This document shows, in pieces, positions 47,858 through 57,866 of a DNA stretch of 64,000 nucleotides; position 1 is the first letter of the stretch, and each line of letters opens with the position of its first letter. The notes under the pieces were generated by a model that worked only from the letters and a program-made list of their open reading frames with translations, searched no databases and was not told where the DNA came from. Origin of the DNA: Candidatus Latescibacterota bacterium. Its GTDB lineage: Bacteria > Latescibacterota > UBA2968 > UBA8231. The DNA lies in assembly GCA_965261395.1 (NCBI GenBank), contig OZ253462.1:6336001-6400000 (forward strand), read 5' to 3'. The position numbers and the translations under genes were made by a program.

Positions 47858-48074
47858 TCGCGACCTCCACCTGCGTTACGTACACTTCCTCGTGCAGCCG
47901 ATGCTCAATCTCGGTGGCTGAAGCTGTCTCGAAAAACAACTCCAATGCCTCCTTCAAATTTTCCCGAGCCTCAGTCACGGTTGCGCCCTGACTAGCGATG
48001 TCCAACTCAGGGCAGAGGGCGACGTAGTCATCGCCCTCTCGTTCGATAATTGCTGTCCACTGTCTGGTCATCAT
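47850..48074 (-). CDS. hicB: HicB-family antitoxin
   Basis: YVALCPELDIASQGATVTEARENLKEALELF. Confidence 0.9.
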   Translation of the reverse strand: MMTRQWTAIIEREGDDYVALCPELDIASQGATVTEARENLKEALELFFETASATEIEHRLHEEVYVTQVEVAIG

Positions 48075-48131
48075 GACCTCCCGTCTTCTGGTTTGATGTG
48101 ATTCACATGGCTAGACAGGATTTTAGGGTTT

Positions 48132-50639
48132 TCAGGCCCCATCCCGTTTATCAATGTTACTCGTCCCCCACACTCGTCCAATCGCCACCCGAATCTTCCC
48201 CTCCATCCGCTCTACCAATTCCCGGTTAGCGGCGACAAGAGACTGCTCGGCTTCGATTTCGGCGACGATTTGATTCTGTTTGGTGATGGGCGGTAGGGGA
48301 ATGCGGTACGCAGCCAGTGATTTTGCGTTTATATTTGACTGACCGATGGAGCGGCTTGCATATTGCTTGATTCCAACCTGAAAGCGTTCAGTGTTCATGA
48401 AAGCATTTATGTAAAATGGATTCGCGCAGTCTTTGGATATAGAGAGTCGAATCAAATAGGACGCGAAACAGTATATTCCCTCCAAATCAAATATGCCTGT
48501 CCGTCCTACATGCTCGAAGCTGTTGGTGCGATTGAAAAGGATGTCACCTCGAATAAGCCGATATTTCTCAAACTCTTCAGCAGAAATATCGGCACATTTC
48601 ATATCCCCACAGTCAACACATTTCCCCTCCACAAGCTCATTCATGCGAAACGTTTTGTAGCCTGCCTTCTCTGTATTTAGTCGTACAGATAGACCATACT
48701 GAAGTCTTTCGCATACCTTCCCTAGCTTCACCATCGGCCACTCAGGATCAACCACAATCTGCGGCCGATAGTTGTCAATCACCGCCCGCGCCCCGTCTAT
48801 CACCCGCTGATACCCCTCTATCTCCGCTACAATCTCCCGCTGCACTTCCAGCGGCGGCAGGGGGATTTGGATACTCTTCAGCTTCGCTTGATTGAGCTTG
48901 GGTACCGTGACGCCAGTAATATACAGTGTCAAATCCAAAGAATTTATTATCTCAATCAGAAATCTGTCGAGAAGACGCTCTCGTTTAGGCCGCAAGACGT
49001 GTGCATGGTTATTAACCCAAACCTTGCCTTCAACAGCATAAGCGCTCTGTTCTCCAGATCCCCATTTTGCTCCATCTTCACCGACAAGTACTAAAGGTTC
49101 ATCGAATAGGTAATTATCAACATAATCAACGACTCCCGTCGCTCCGTAGTAAGGATACGGCCCCGGTCTTCTCTCGTGTTTGGTTATCGGTCGCCGCAGA
49201 GAATCCAAGATTTCTACAGTTTCACCCAACTCCACCATCGACCACTTCATACTGGCGTAATTAGTCGTTTCCCGATACCGTTCCCCACTCAGATTATACT
49301 CCCCACCCGCCGCAATCTTCTCCTTCTCGGCGATCAGCCCAAGCTCGGTTGTGTAATCCACTTTAGGTTCCGCCACCCCATCGCTCGTCACCGACTCCCC
49401 CACCCGCAGCCGCCCCAAATATTCGCCAAGCTCTTCCTTCACCTGCGGCAAGTCATTCTCCGCAATCTCCCGCCGCTGCGCCCCCAAATCAAACCCATCG
49501 TTCTCCACCTTAAAAAAGGCAATGCGATCCGTCTTGTTCGCCAGCGCCTTGTCCAGCAGCAGAATGGATGTCTTGACCCCCGAATAGGGCTGGAACACAC
49601 CCGCCGGCAGCGAGATGACAGCCACCAAATAATTCTCCACCAGCATCTTGCGTAGCTGCTTATAGGCGGTCTGGCTCTGAAAGACAATGCCCTCCGGCAC
49701 AATGATACCGGCGCGCCCCGTAGGCGTCAGATGCTCGGCCATGTAATCGACAAACAGCACCTCGCTCCGTTTGGATTGCACTGAAAAGCGGCGATGCGGG
49801 CGAATACCACCCTTCGGCGACATAAACGGCGGATTGGCCAAAATCACGTCGGCATACTCGTTCCAGCGCTCCTCGCTGGTCAGGGTGTCGTACTCGGAGA
49901 TATGCGGCTCGACAAAGCCGTGCAGATACAGATTCACCAGCGACAGCCGCACCATATCAGGCGAAATGTCATAGCCCCTAACGTTGGCCGCGAGTGTCCC
50001 TTTTTCGTCCGGCGTCAGCGTATTGTTACCCTCGTCGTCGGTATTGCCTTTGAGAATATGCTTGTACGACGAAATCAGGAACCCGGCAGTACCACAGGCC
50101 GGGTCGAGCACAGTTTCGTCTTTCTTCGGGTCAACGACGGCGACAATGAAGTCTATGATATGACGCGGAGTGCGGAACTGCCCGGCGTCCCCCTGCGAAC
50201 CGAGAACCGAGAGCAGATATTCAAAAGCATCGCCGAGCCGCTCGCTGTGATCGTACGTAAACTCGTCGATGACCTTGAGAAAGGCGCGCAAGGTCTCCGG
50301 GTCGCGGTAGGGTAAATAGGCGTTGTTGAAGATGTCGCGGAACAGCGGCGGAATGCCCGGATTTTCCGGCATCCGGGTGATCGCCTCAGCGTACAGATTC
50401 AAGGTCTCGTGGCCGCCCAAGCCAGCGCGCACCAGTTGAGGCCAGCCATAACGGGCAAAGTCGCCGGCAAAAAACGTGCGCTGCCCACCCAACTCCTCGC
50501 TCTCAGCGTCAATGTCGTCCATAAACTTGTAGATGAGCGCGATAGTAATCTGCTCTACTTGGCTTTTCGGATCGGGCACCTTGCCGACGAGGATGTCGCG
50601 GGCCGTGTCAATGCGGCGTTTGGTAGCGGTGTCGAGCAT
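48132..50639 (-). CDS. hsdM: Type I RM methylase-specificity fusion, copy 1 (complete, two TRDs)
   Basis: N6-MTase motifs DPACGTAGF and NPPF, followed by two TRD/IPLPP units. Confidence 0.92.
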   Translation of the reverse strand: MLDTATKRRIDTARDILVGKVPDPKSQVEQITIALIYKFMDDIDAESEELGGQRTFFAGDFARYGWPQLVRAGLGGHETLNLYAEAITRMPENPGIPPLFRDIFNNAYLPYRDPETLRAFLKVIDEFTYDHSERLGDAFEYLLSVLGSQGDAGQFRTPRHIIDFIVAVVDPKKDETVLDPACGTAGFLISSYKHILKGNTDDEGNNTLTPDEKGTLAANVRGYDISPDMVRLSLVNLYLHGFVEPHISEYDTLTSEERWNEYADVILANPPFMSPKGGIRPHRRFSVQSKRSEVLFVDYMAEHLTPTGRAGIIVPEGIVFQSQTAYKQLRKMLVENYLVAVISLPAGVFQPYSGVKTSILLLDKALANKTDRIAFFKVENDGFDLGAQRREIAENDLPQVKEELGEYLGRLRVGESVTSDGVAEPKVDYTTELGLIAEKEKIAAGGEYNLSGERYRETTNYASMKWSMVELGETVEILDSLRRPITKHERRPGPYPYYGATGVVDYVDNYLFDEPLVLVGEDGAKWGSGEQSAYAVEGKVWVNNHAHVLRPKRERLLDRFLIEIINSLDLTLYITGVTVPKLNQAKLKSIQIPLPPLEVQREIVAEIEGYQRVIDGARAVIDNYRPQIVVDPEWPMVKLGKVCERLQYGLSVRLNTEKAGYKTFRMNELVEGKCVDCGDMKCADISAEEFEKYRLIRGDILFNRTNSFEHVGRTGIFDLEGIYCFASYLIRLSISKDCANPFYINAFMNTERFQVGIKQYASRSIGQSNINAKSLAAYRIPLPPITKQNQIVAEIEAEQSLVAANRELVERMEGKIRVAIGRVWGTSNIDKRDGA

Positions 50640-50694
50640 ATTGTCCAGACTGTGAGTTACAGGATTTTGGGTAATCTGATTAATCCATTCACGC

Positions 50695-50771
50695 TATATT
50701 GTCAAATATCCGTGAATGAACCGAAAAAAATGGGTGCCATTCACTGTTTTTTCGGATAAATACGTTAATCG
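50695..50771. repeat. Second copy of the 77-bp repeat, between hsdR and M-S copy 1
   Basis: Aligns without gaps to 46354-46430. Confidence 0.85.
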
Positions 50772-50780
50772 CGGGGCTTC

Positions 50781-53318
50781 CTAGGCGACGAACTGGTTCA
50801 AGGACACGTAATCCTTGACATACTCGGGAACGAGCCTGCGGTACGGCTCCGGCACCGCGCGAAAGTCGCGGGAGGAAAAGGCCGAATTGGTTGCCAGCTC
50901 GGCGAAGCTCCGATTCTCAATGATGTCTCGGGTCTGTCCACTGGTCAGGTACGCCTTAAAGTACGCCCTAATCGCCGCGATGGACTCGGCCTCGTCGGGC
51001 TTGTAATCAGCGACAAATTTGGCGAACTCCTCTTCAAGCAGCTCGTCCCTAGACTTAAAACGCGGGATGAGGTCAAAGACCTTCTCCAGTATCTCGCGCA
51101 AGGTTACGCGACGATCCACCGCAGCGGCTTGGCGCAGCTTGGCGAGGGAGTAGTACTCCTCGGGCTTGTCGAAGACTTCCTGATTCACATAGTCGATGGC
51201 GCGATCCCATTGCCCCGCCTCAATAGCTTGGGCAATGAAGTCGTTGTCGCGCACCTCGTCGGCAAAGCGGTCGAAGAACATCCGATCAATTCTCATCCCC
51301 TCGGAGCCGACCTGCTCTTGCTTGATCGTCGAGAGAAAGTCGCTTCCCAAGTGCTCGTAGGTGTCGGCATATACAACCGGCCTTGGATCGTCCCCGTCTT
51401 CTCTACCTCTATCTCGCAGCCGAGGCAATTCCAATATCTCGTCATAGTTGAACTCGTTCTCGAAGTATTGGCAGTTGCCGAAGAAGTCGAACAGCTTGAA
51501 GGTGGTCTTCTCCGGCTCGGCGTCATCGCCTGTGGAGCGGTGCCCTATCATCTGGTCGAGGAAGTTGTGCTTTCTGGTGCCGCGCCCCTTGATCTGGACG
51601 AAATCCGTCGGCGAGAATATCGGCCTAAACAGGCCCAAATTGAGAATGTCGGTGCAGTCGTAGCCAGTGGTCATCATGCCGACGGTTACGCATACTCGCG
51701 CCTTGCTCGTCCGGTACTCGCGCATAAAGTTGCCGGACCCCAAGAGATTGTTGTTGGCAAAGTTGACCGTGAATTGCTGGGCATCCCTCACATGCGACGT
51801 AACCTGAATCGCAAAATCCGACTGGTACTGGCCCGGAAACATGCGGTCGGCGATCTCGTTGAAGAACTGCGTTAGCTTAGCCGCGTGGTCTTGGCTCACC
51901 GCGAAGACGATGGACTTCCCAATCTCCCCGCTAATCGGATCGCGGAGCGCATTCTCCAAAAAGGTCCGGCAGAAGACCGCGTTGGTGGCTTCCGAGAAGA
52001 ACTCCCGCTCGAAATCGCGCTTTTTGAACGCTTCCTCCTGCTGTTCTCCTTCGTCATCGGTAAAAGACACCACAAAGCCCTTATCGGCGAGAAGCTGGGT
52101 AGTCACCTCCGTTCGTGCGTCAACGACCCGAGGATTGATCAGATACCCATCGCTCACCCCGTCGAGCAGCGAATAGCGGAACGTCGGCTCGCCACTCTCG
52201 CAGCCAAAAGTGCGGTAGGTGTCGAGCAACAACCGGCGCTCCACCTCGCGCGGGTCGCGCACATGCGGGCCGGTCACTTGGGTGCCTCTGAGGTAGTCTC
52301 GGGGCGTCGCAGTCAGTCCCAGCTTGTAGCCGACGAAGTAATCGAATACGGCGCGGGCGTTGCCGCTGATGGACCGGTGCGCCTCATCCGAAATCACCAA
52401 GTCGAAGTCCGTCGGCGAAAACAGCGACTGGTACTTGTTGTTGAACAGCAGCGACTGAACAGTCGTGACCACAATGTGCGCCCGCCGCCAGTCGTCGCGT
52501 TTCTCCTTGTAGATGACCGTGTCAACGTCGTTCGCCAAGTACGGGACGAAGGACTTGCTCGCCGCTTGGTCTTCTAACTCCAGCCGATCTACCAAAAAGA
52601 GGACGCGGCGGGCGTTGCCGGTGCGGAGAAACAGCTTGATGGCGGCGGCGGCCACTAGCGTCTTGCCGGTGCCAGTAGCCATCTCTAACAGGAACCGGTC
52701 GCGTCCATCTCGGACGGCTCGCTGCAAACGGTAGATCGCTCGTAGCTGATAGTCGCGCAAAAAGCGCAGACCGTGCGTCTGAATGTATCCGGAACGCTCG
52801 GCCTCGTTGCGCCATCCAGCCTCCGCCGCATAGCTAGGTCGCTGCGTGAGGACGATGTAGTCGTCGCCAACCCGTTCATCGATCAGGCGCTGTGAGTTAG
52901 GCTCGACCTGTTTGTACCCTTCCACCGAATCCGGCGATGGGAACGCCGTAATGATATGCGGATTACCGCGCTCTAGGTCCCAGAAGTAGTGCAGATTGCC
53001 GTTGGAGAGGATGACGAAGCGGCAGTTCAGCGAGCGGGCGTAGCGGCGGGCCTGCTCCTTACCGACCAACGGGTCTTTGTCCTCGGACTTGGCCTCCAAC
53101 ACGATCAACGGAAAACCCCGGTCGTCGATGAGCAGGAAATCGACAAATCCTCGACCGGAACGCTCAAAATTATCGCCTAAGCTGTCGAGGTCGTCGCGCT
53201 TGAGGGCGACATGCGCCTCCAAGCGGATATTGGCCCGTCCATTGTCGTCGTTGAAGAATCGCCAACCAGCGTTTTCGAGCAACTGGTCGATTTTATGCCG
53301 AGCAGCAGCCTCACTCAT
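50781..53318 (-). CDS. hsdR: Type I restriction endonuclease R subunit (EcoAI-like)
   Basis: D..LEAK nuclease motif, MATGTGKT, DEAH, TATP, MMTTGYD and QIKGRGTR. Confidence 0.92.
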   Translation of the reverse strand: MSEAAARHKIDQLLENAGWRFFNDDNGRANIRLEAHVALKRDDLDSLGDNFERSGRGFVDFLLIDDRGFPLIVLEAKSEDKDPLVGKEQARRYARSLNCRFVILSNGNLHYFWDLERGNPHIITAFPSPDSVEGYKQVEPNSQRLIDERVGDDYIVLTQRPSYAAEAGWRNEAERSGYIQTHGLRFLRDYQLRAIYRLQRAVRDGRDRFLLEMATGTGKTLVAAAAIKLFLRTGNARRVLFLVDRLELEDQAASKSFVPYLANDVDTVIYKEKRDDWRRAHIVVTTVQSLLFNNKYQSLFSPTDFDLVISDEAHRSISGNARAVFDYFVGYKLGLTATPRDYLRGTQVTGPHVRDPREVERRLLLDTYRTFGCESGEPTFRYSLLDGVSDGYLINPRVVDARTEVTTQLLADKGFVVSFTDDEGEQQEEAFKKRDFEREFFSEATNAVFCRTFLENALRDPISGEIGKSIVFAVSQDHAAKLTQFFNEIADRMFPGQYQSDFAIQVTSHVRDAQQFTVNFANNNLLGSGNFMREYRTSKARVCVTVGMMTTGYDCTDILNLGLFRPIFSPTDFVQIKGRGTRKHNFLDQMIGHRSTGDDAEPEKTTFKLFDFFGNCQYFENEFNYDEILELPRLRDRGREDGDDPRPVVYADTYEHLGSDFLSTIKQEQVGSEGMRIDRMFFDRFADEVRDNDFIAQAIEAGQWDRAIDYVNQEVFDKPEEYYSLAKLRQAAAVDRRVTLREILEKVFDLIPRFKSRDELLEEEFAKFVADYKPDEAESIAAIRAYFKAYLTSGQTRDIIENRSFAELATNSAFSSRDFRAVPEPYRRLVPEYVKDYVSLNQFVA

Positions 53319-54346
53319 CCCCCACCCTCCACCAACACCGGCTCCCGCTCCAAACGAATCCCAAAGGTCTGCTCCACCGCGTCCCGAATCTCACCGGCCA
53401 AAGCGAGAACTTCGCGGGTCGTGCCGCCGCGATTTACCAACGCCAGCGCGTGTCGCTCTGAGATGCCAACCCCGCCCCTTTGCAACCCCTTGTGAAATCC
53501 CGCTTGCTCGACGAGCCAAGCGGCGGGAACCTTGACGCCAGCCGAATCGGGAAAGTGCGGAACATTGGGATAGCGGTCCTTTAGCACAGCAAAAGCCTCG
53601 GCGTCAATGACTGGATTTAAAAAGAAGGAGCCGACTGAGCGGGAGTTGGGGTCTTGCGGGTCGATGACCATGGACTTGCCGCGACGGAGCCCAAGCACAG
53701 CGTCGCGCACAATAGCCAAGGTCGGGCGGCCGTCGTTCACGTGCCGGCGCAGCTCTGGGTAGCGGATTTGCGGCTGGCCGCTATCATCCAAGCGATACGT
53801 CACCGAGGTCACAATAAAGCGGTCGCGGTCGGCCCCTTTAAAGCGGCTCTGACGGTAGGCAAAGCCGCACTCGGCAGGGGCAAACGCGATTTCCTCCAAG
53901 GTCTGCCGGTCGAGCGCCCGCACCTCCACAATGGTGTCTTTTACTTCTTGGCCATACGCGCCCACGTTCTGGATGGGCGTCGCACCCACCGACCCAGGGA
54001 TGCCCGAAAGACACTCCACGCCGGCCAAGCCGCGCTCCACACAGCACTGCACAAAGCCATCCCAGTCCTCGCCAGCCGCTACCTCGACGGTTGCGCCATT
54101 GAACACCACGCCGCTAAGTCCCACTTTGAGCACTAAGCCGCTGTATCCCGCATCGGCAAAAAGCACGTTGCTGCCGCCGCCGAGCACTTGCACGGGCAAG
54201 CCCTCAGCCGCCGCCCACGTCAAGCAGGAGCGCATCTCGTCTAGGGAGGTACACTCGGCCAAGTAGCGCGCAGGGCCGCCGAGGCCCATAGTGGTGAGGG
54301 GAGCGAGTGGAGTATGCTCGCGGAGGATGTGGGACGGCTTTTCCAT
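53315..54346 (-). CDS. murB: UDP-N-acetylmuramate dehydrogenase
   Basis: GGGSN, IPGSVGATPIQNVGAYG, YRQSRFK, GSFFLNP, HALALVN and LEREP motifs. Confidence 0.95.
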   Translation of the reverse strand: MEKPSHILREHTPLAPLTTMGLGGPARYLAECTSLDEMRSCLTWAAAEGLPVQVLGGGSNVLFADAGYSGLVLKVGLSGVVFNGATVEVAAGEDWDGFVQCCVERGLAGVECLSGIPGSVGATPIQNVGAYGQEVKDTIVEVRALDRQTLEEIAFAPAECGFAYRQSRFKGADRDRFIVTSVTYRLDDSGQPQIRYPELRRHVNDGRPTLAIVRDAVLGLRRGKSMVIDPQDPNSRSVGSFFLNPVIDAEAFAVLKDRYPNVPHFPDSAGVKVPAAWLVEQAGFHKGLQRGGVGISERHALALVNRGGTTREVLALAGEIRDAVEQTFGIRLEREPVLVEGGG

Positions 54347-54439
54347 GAAGAGACGCTTCGTTTCGCATGTATGAGCATTTGCGTTGCACTGCCTATATAC
54401 AGAATATAGGGCGCACACTGCACACCGTCGGAGCGTACG

Positions 54440-54910
54440 ATGAAAAAGACCCTCTATCTCGCCAGCCCGTATGGATTCTCGCTCCAGTGGAAGGAGCGGC
54501 TCCTGCCCCAGTTCGTCTCTGCATTAGAGGCGTTGGGAGCTGAGGTCTGGGAGCCTTTTGCCCGCAACAACCAAGTCGATTTTTCCGCGCCGGGCTGGGC
54601 CTACCAAGTCGGCCAAGCTGACTTGCGCGACGTGGTCGAGGCCGACGCGATCTTCGCCATTGTCAATGGGACGCCGCCGGATGAAGGGGTGATGGTCGAG
54701 TTGGGAGCGGCCATTGCCCTCGGCAAGCCGACCTTCCTCTTTCGCGATGACTTCCGCCGCTGCACGGATTCCGAGAACTACCCCCTGAACCTGATGCTGT
54801 TCACCGGCCTGCCAGAAGACGGCTGGGAAACCTACTACTACACATCGCTCGCGGAAGTTAGCGCGCCGGACAAGGCCCTAACGCGCTGGCTGCGGGACGA
54901 ACTGAGCTGA
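54440..54910 (+). CDS. Nucleoside 2-deoxyribosyltransferase family protein
   Basis: YLASP, DEGVMVELG, DDFR and NLM motifs. Confidence 0.85.
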   Translation: MKKTLYLASPYGFSLQWKERLLPQFVSALEALGAEVWEPFARNNQVDFSAPGWAYQVGQADLRDVVEADAIFAIVNGTPPDEGVMVELGAAIALGKPTFLFRDDFRRCTDSENYPLNLMLFTGLPEDGWETYYYTSLAEVSAPDKALTRWLRDELS

Positions 54911-54913
54911 CCT

Positions 54914-56194
54914 ATGCGCACGACCATTCCCCCCCATCTGCTGCAAGACCCAGAGGTTGAAGCATCCGAAAAGGTCTTGCGCACCTGCGTCCACTGCGGC
55001 TTTTGCAATGCCACCTGCCCCACCTACCTGCTCACCGGCAACGAACTCGAAGGGCCGCGCGGCCGCATTTACCTCATCAAAAGCATGCTCGAAGAGGAAA
55101 TCCCCCCAAGCCGGCAGACGGTCGAACACATCGACAACTGCCTCGGCTGCCTCGCGTGCGAAACCACCTGCCCGAGCGGCGTAGATTATTCGCTCCTCTT
55201 GGAAATGGCCCGGCCACGGCTCGATCAGCTCGTCAAGCGGCCCTTGATGGACCGCCTGCTGCGCGCCCTGCTGACGCGGATGCTGCCCTACCCCGGCCGC
55301 ATGCGCTTGGCGCTCAAAATGTCTGGCGTGGGTCGCGCATTCTCCTTCCTGATGCCCCGCGCCATGCGGCCGCTGTTGGCTATGGCACCCAAGCGATTGC
55401 CGCGACCGGCCGCTGTAGCCCGGCCCGGAGTCGTGCCAGCCGAGGGCGCGACGCGGCTGCGCGTGGCCCTGCTCACCGGATGTGTCCAACAGGTGTTGGG
55501 ACCGCAGATCAACGACGCGACCGTGCGGCTGCTGACGCGGTTGGGGGCCGAGGTGGTCATTCCGCCGGATATGGGCTGTTGCGGCGCGCTGACTTTTCAC
55601 ATGGGAGAGCGCAAGCGCAGTCTGAAGCTAATGCAGCGCGCCATTGCGGTTTGGCATCGCGAGCTGGAAGCGGGCTTGGACGCGATTGTGCTCAACACGT
55701 CGGGGTGCGGCACGGCCATCAAAGAATACGATCACATCTTTCGCCACGATCCCCAGTGGGCCGACAAGGCCAAGGCGGTAGTGGAGCGGGTGCGGGACGT
55801 TTCCGAGGTGGTGGCGCAATTGGGGTTGGGCGCGGCCAATCACGCGCCGGCCCTGAAGGTGGCGTATCACGACGCCTGTTCCCTCCAACACGGCCAGCAC
55901 GTCACCGAGCCGCCGAGGCAACTGCTGAAGGCCGCGGGCTTTGAGGTCGTCGAGGTACCCGAGGGTCATATCTGCTGCGGCAGCGCGGGCACGTACAACA
56001 TGCTGCGCCCCCAGTTGGCACAACAGCTACAAGCGCGCAAAGTAGAGCACATCGCCAGCGTTGCGCCGCAGATAGTGGCGGCGGGCAACATCGGCTGCAT
56101 GGAACAAATTGCCGCCGGCGCCGAGGTCCCGGTCGTCCACACCGTCGAGCTGTTGGATTGGGCGACGGGCGGGCCGCGGCCGATGGGGGTGTAG
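54914..56194 (+). CDS. glcF: Glycolate oxidase iron-sulfur subunit
   Basis: CVHCGFCNATCPTY, CLGCLACETTCPSGV and two CCG domains. Confidence 0.88.
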   Translation: MRTTIPPHLLQDPEVEASEKVLRTCVHCGFCNATCPTYLLTGNELEGPRGRIYLIKSMLEEEIPPSRQTVEHIDNCLGCLACETTCPSGVDYSLLLEMARPRLDQLVKRPLMDRLLRALLTRMLPYPGRMRLALKMSGVGRAFSFLMPRAMRPLLAMAPKRLPRPAAVARPGVVPAEGATRLRVALLTGCVQQVLGPQINDATVRLLTRLGAEVVIPPDMGCCGALTFHMGERKRSLKLMQRAIAVWHRELEAGLDAIVLNTSGCGTAIKEYDHIFRHDPQWADKAKAVVERVRDVSEVVAQLGLGAANHAPALKVAYHDACSLQHGQHVTEPPRQLLKAAGFEVVEVPEGHICCGSAGTYNMLRPQLAQQLQARKVEHIASVAPQIVAAGNIGCMEQIAAGAEVPVVHTVELLDWATGGPRPMGV

Positions 56195-56244
56195 CGGGGC
56201 GCTCAGGAGGCGTTTTTCTGACTATGGAGGATAGAGGCGGGCGC

Positions 56245-56709
56245 TCACACCGCCAAGGCTGCCAGTATCTCTTCCGGCGTTCGGTCCGGCGAGGCAAACG
56301 GATTGACCACCTGAACCGCGCCGAACTCTTGGCCGTGTTGCAGGTCCTCGGTCAGCAGAACCTTGCACTCGCAAGTCTGCGCGGCGGCGATGATGAGCGC
56401 ATCCCACCAAGACAAGGGAAAGCGGTCCTGCAAGACCCAAGCTCGTTCCAGCATCGCTATGTCAATGGCTATCGGTTGCCACACCACCAGTTCCCGTACG
56501 ATTAATCGGGCCTCTGCCACATCGACCTTCAGCCGCCGCTTGCTTGTGAGGGTGGAGTAGAGTTCCTGCAGAACCTGAAAACTCACGCGACCAGAGCGGC
56601 CACGTACGAGCAGCGAGATCCACTCGTCCGCGCGAGTTTTCTTTTGGGGTTCCGAGTCGTCGTGCAGATAGACGAATACGTTGGTGTCAACGAAGACCGG
56701 GCCGGTCAT
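56245..56709 (-). CDS. PIN-domain toxin (VapC-like)
   Basis: FVDTNV, WWDALI and LLTEDL motifs. Confidence 0.9.
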   Translation of the reverse strand: MTGPVFVDTNVFVYLHDDSEPQKKTRADEWISLLVRGRSGRVSFQVLQELYSTLTSKRRLKVDVAEARLIVRELVVWQPIAIDIAMLERAWVLQDRFPLSWWDALIIAAAQTCECKVLLTEDLQHGQEFGAVQVVNPFASPDRTPEEILAALAV

Positions 56710-56935
56710 ACAGTTCCTCCCGCGTCGGCTTGCGCCCGTCGATCCACTCGATTTTTCGGGGTTTCCGCGCCCGCGTCAAAAAGCGTTCCATTGCGACCTC
56801 GTACTCGTCTTCTTGGCGCTGCATGCTTTCCAGCAGTTCGGCCAGCCATTTGGAGACGCTGCGCTCGTTTTCGGCAGCCTTGACCCGCAGCCACCGGGCG
56901 ACATCCTCCGGTAGGGTGATAGTGATGTTCTTCAT
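56687..56935 (-). CDS. CopG/RHH-type antitoxin
   Basis: MKNITITLPEDVARWLRVKAA...TREELYDR; overlaps the toxin start. Confidence 0.85.
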   Translation of the reverse strand: MKNITITLPEDVARWLRVKAAENERSVSKWLAELLESMQRQEDEYEVAMERFLTRARKPRKIEWIDGRKPTREELYDRPGLR

Positions 56936-57007
56936 CCTAAGACCTCCAATATCCGCAAAATATAGGTGCCAACGAGGACCGGGAACGGTCCGTGACGATC
57001 TCTATAA

Positions 57008-57109
57008 CGCAAGAATAGTGGAACACGGAAATTGTGTCAATAAAGCGGAGATTGTTGACAATAAGAGGTGTACGGCTTAATATGGTCATATAAAATGACT
57101 ATATAGTCA
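57008..57109. promoter_or_regulatory. Back-to-back sigma70 promoters of two TA operons, with palindromic operators
   Basis: Minus strand: TTGACA (57040-57035), 17 nt, TATTCT. Plus strand: TTGACA (57055), 17 nt, TAATAT. Palindrome TGACTATATAGTCA at 57096-57109. Confidence 0.78.
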
Positions 57110-57121
57110 GGAGTTGAGACC

Positions 57122-57361
57122 ATGCAGATGTCCATCAGTGAGTTCAAAGCCAAATGCACCCAAGTCGTGCGCGAAGTCGGCACCAAATACAAGACCGTGG
57201 AGTTGACCAATCGCGGCAAGGTCGTAGCGCGCATCGTCCCCCCTGAGCCAGAGACCAAACCCGACCCCCAATCCTTCTTCGGCTCGCTCCGAGGTACGGT
57301 CGCGTACCAGCCCGGTTGGGATGAGCCGCTCGGCGAGGATGATTGGGAAGCTTGCCAGTGA
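57122..57361 (+). CDS. Phd/YefM antitoxin
   Basis: SISEFKAKC...TNRGKVVARIVP. Confidence 0.88.
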   Translation: MQMSISEFKAKCTQVVREVGTKYKTVELTNRGKVVARIVPPEPETKPDPQSFFGSLRGTVAYQPGWDEPLGEDDWEACQ

Positions 57362-57756
57362 AGTACTTGCTCGACACTAATGCGTGGATCTGGGCCTTGG
57401 AGGCACCGGAAAAACTGCCCGATCCTATAAGAACGGTGCTGATGGAGCCGGATCACCTGCCCTTTGGGCTAGCGGCGATCAGTCCTTGGGAAGTGGCAAA
57501 AAAAGAGTCCAAGGGGCTCTTGCATTTATCTATGCCTGTGCGCCAGTGGGTAGAGCGCGCCACCCAAGCCCCGTTTATAGAGCTTCTGCCTCTTTCGGTG
57601 GATATAGCCCTCGAATCGGCGCATTTGCCTGGTTCCTTCCACAAAGACCCGGCCGACCAAATGATCGTCGCCACAGCGCGAGTGCACAGTCTGGTGCTGA
57701 TCAGTGCCGACCAACGGCTGCGCGCCTATCCACACGTGCAAACAAAGTGGGAATAG
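57358..57756 (+). CDS. vapC: VapC PIN toxin
   Basis: YLLDTN, ISPWE, HKDPADQMI and ISAD motifs; GTGA overlap. Confidence 0.9.
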   Translation: MKYLLDTNAWIWALEAPEKLPDPIRTVLMEPDHLPFGLAAISPWEVAKKESKGLLHLSMPVRQWVERATQAPFIELLPLSVDIALESAHLPGSFHKDPADQMIVATARVHSLVLISADQRLRAYPHVQTKWE

Positions 57757-57866
57757 TAAATCAATCTATTCGGCGAACTTGCCCTTGAGTACTCCCCAGC
57801 TCTCGGCAGCAACCGCGCTGGCCGGGCTGGATATTTCGGTGAGGCGAGCGATTTGTATTGCTTGCG

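Noticed and set aside
44070-50639. DGR template/variable pair or invertible shufflon
   Set aside because: No reverse transcriptase or invertase is present, the copies are in direct orientation, and the differences do not look adenine-specific.
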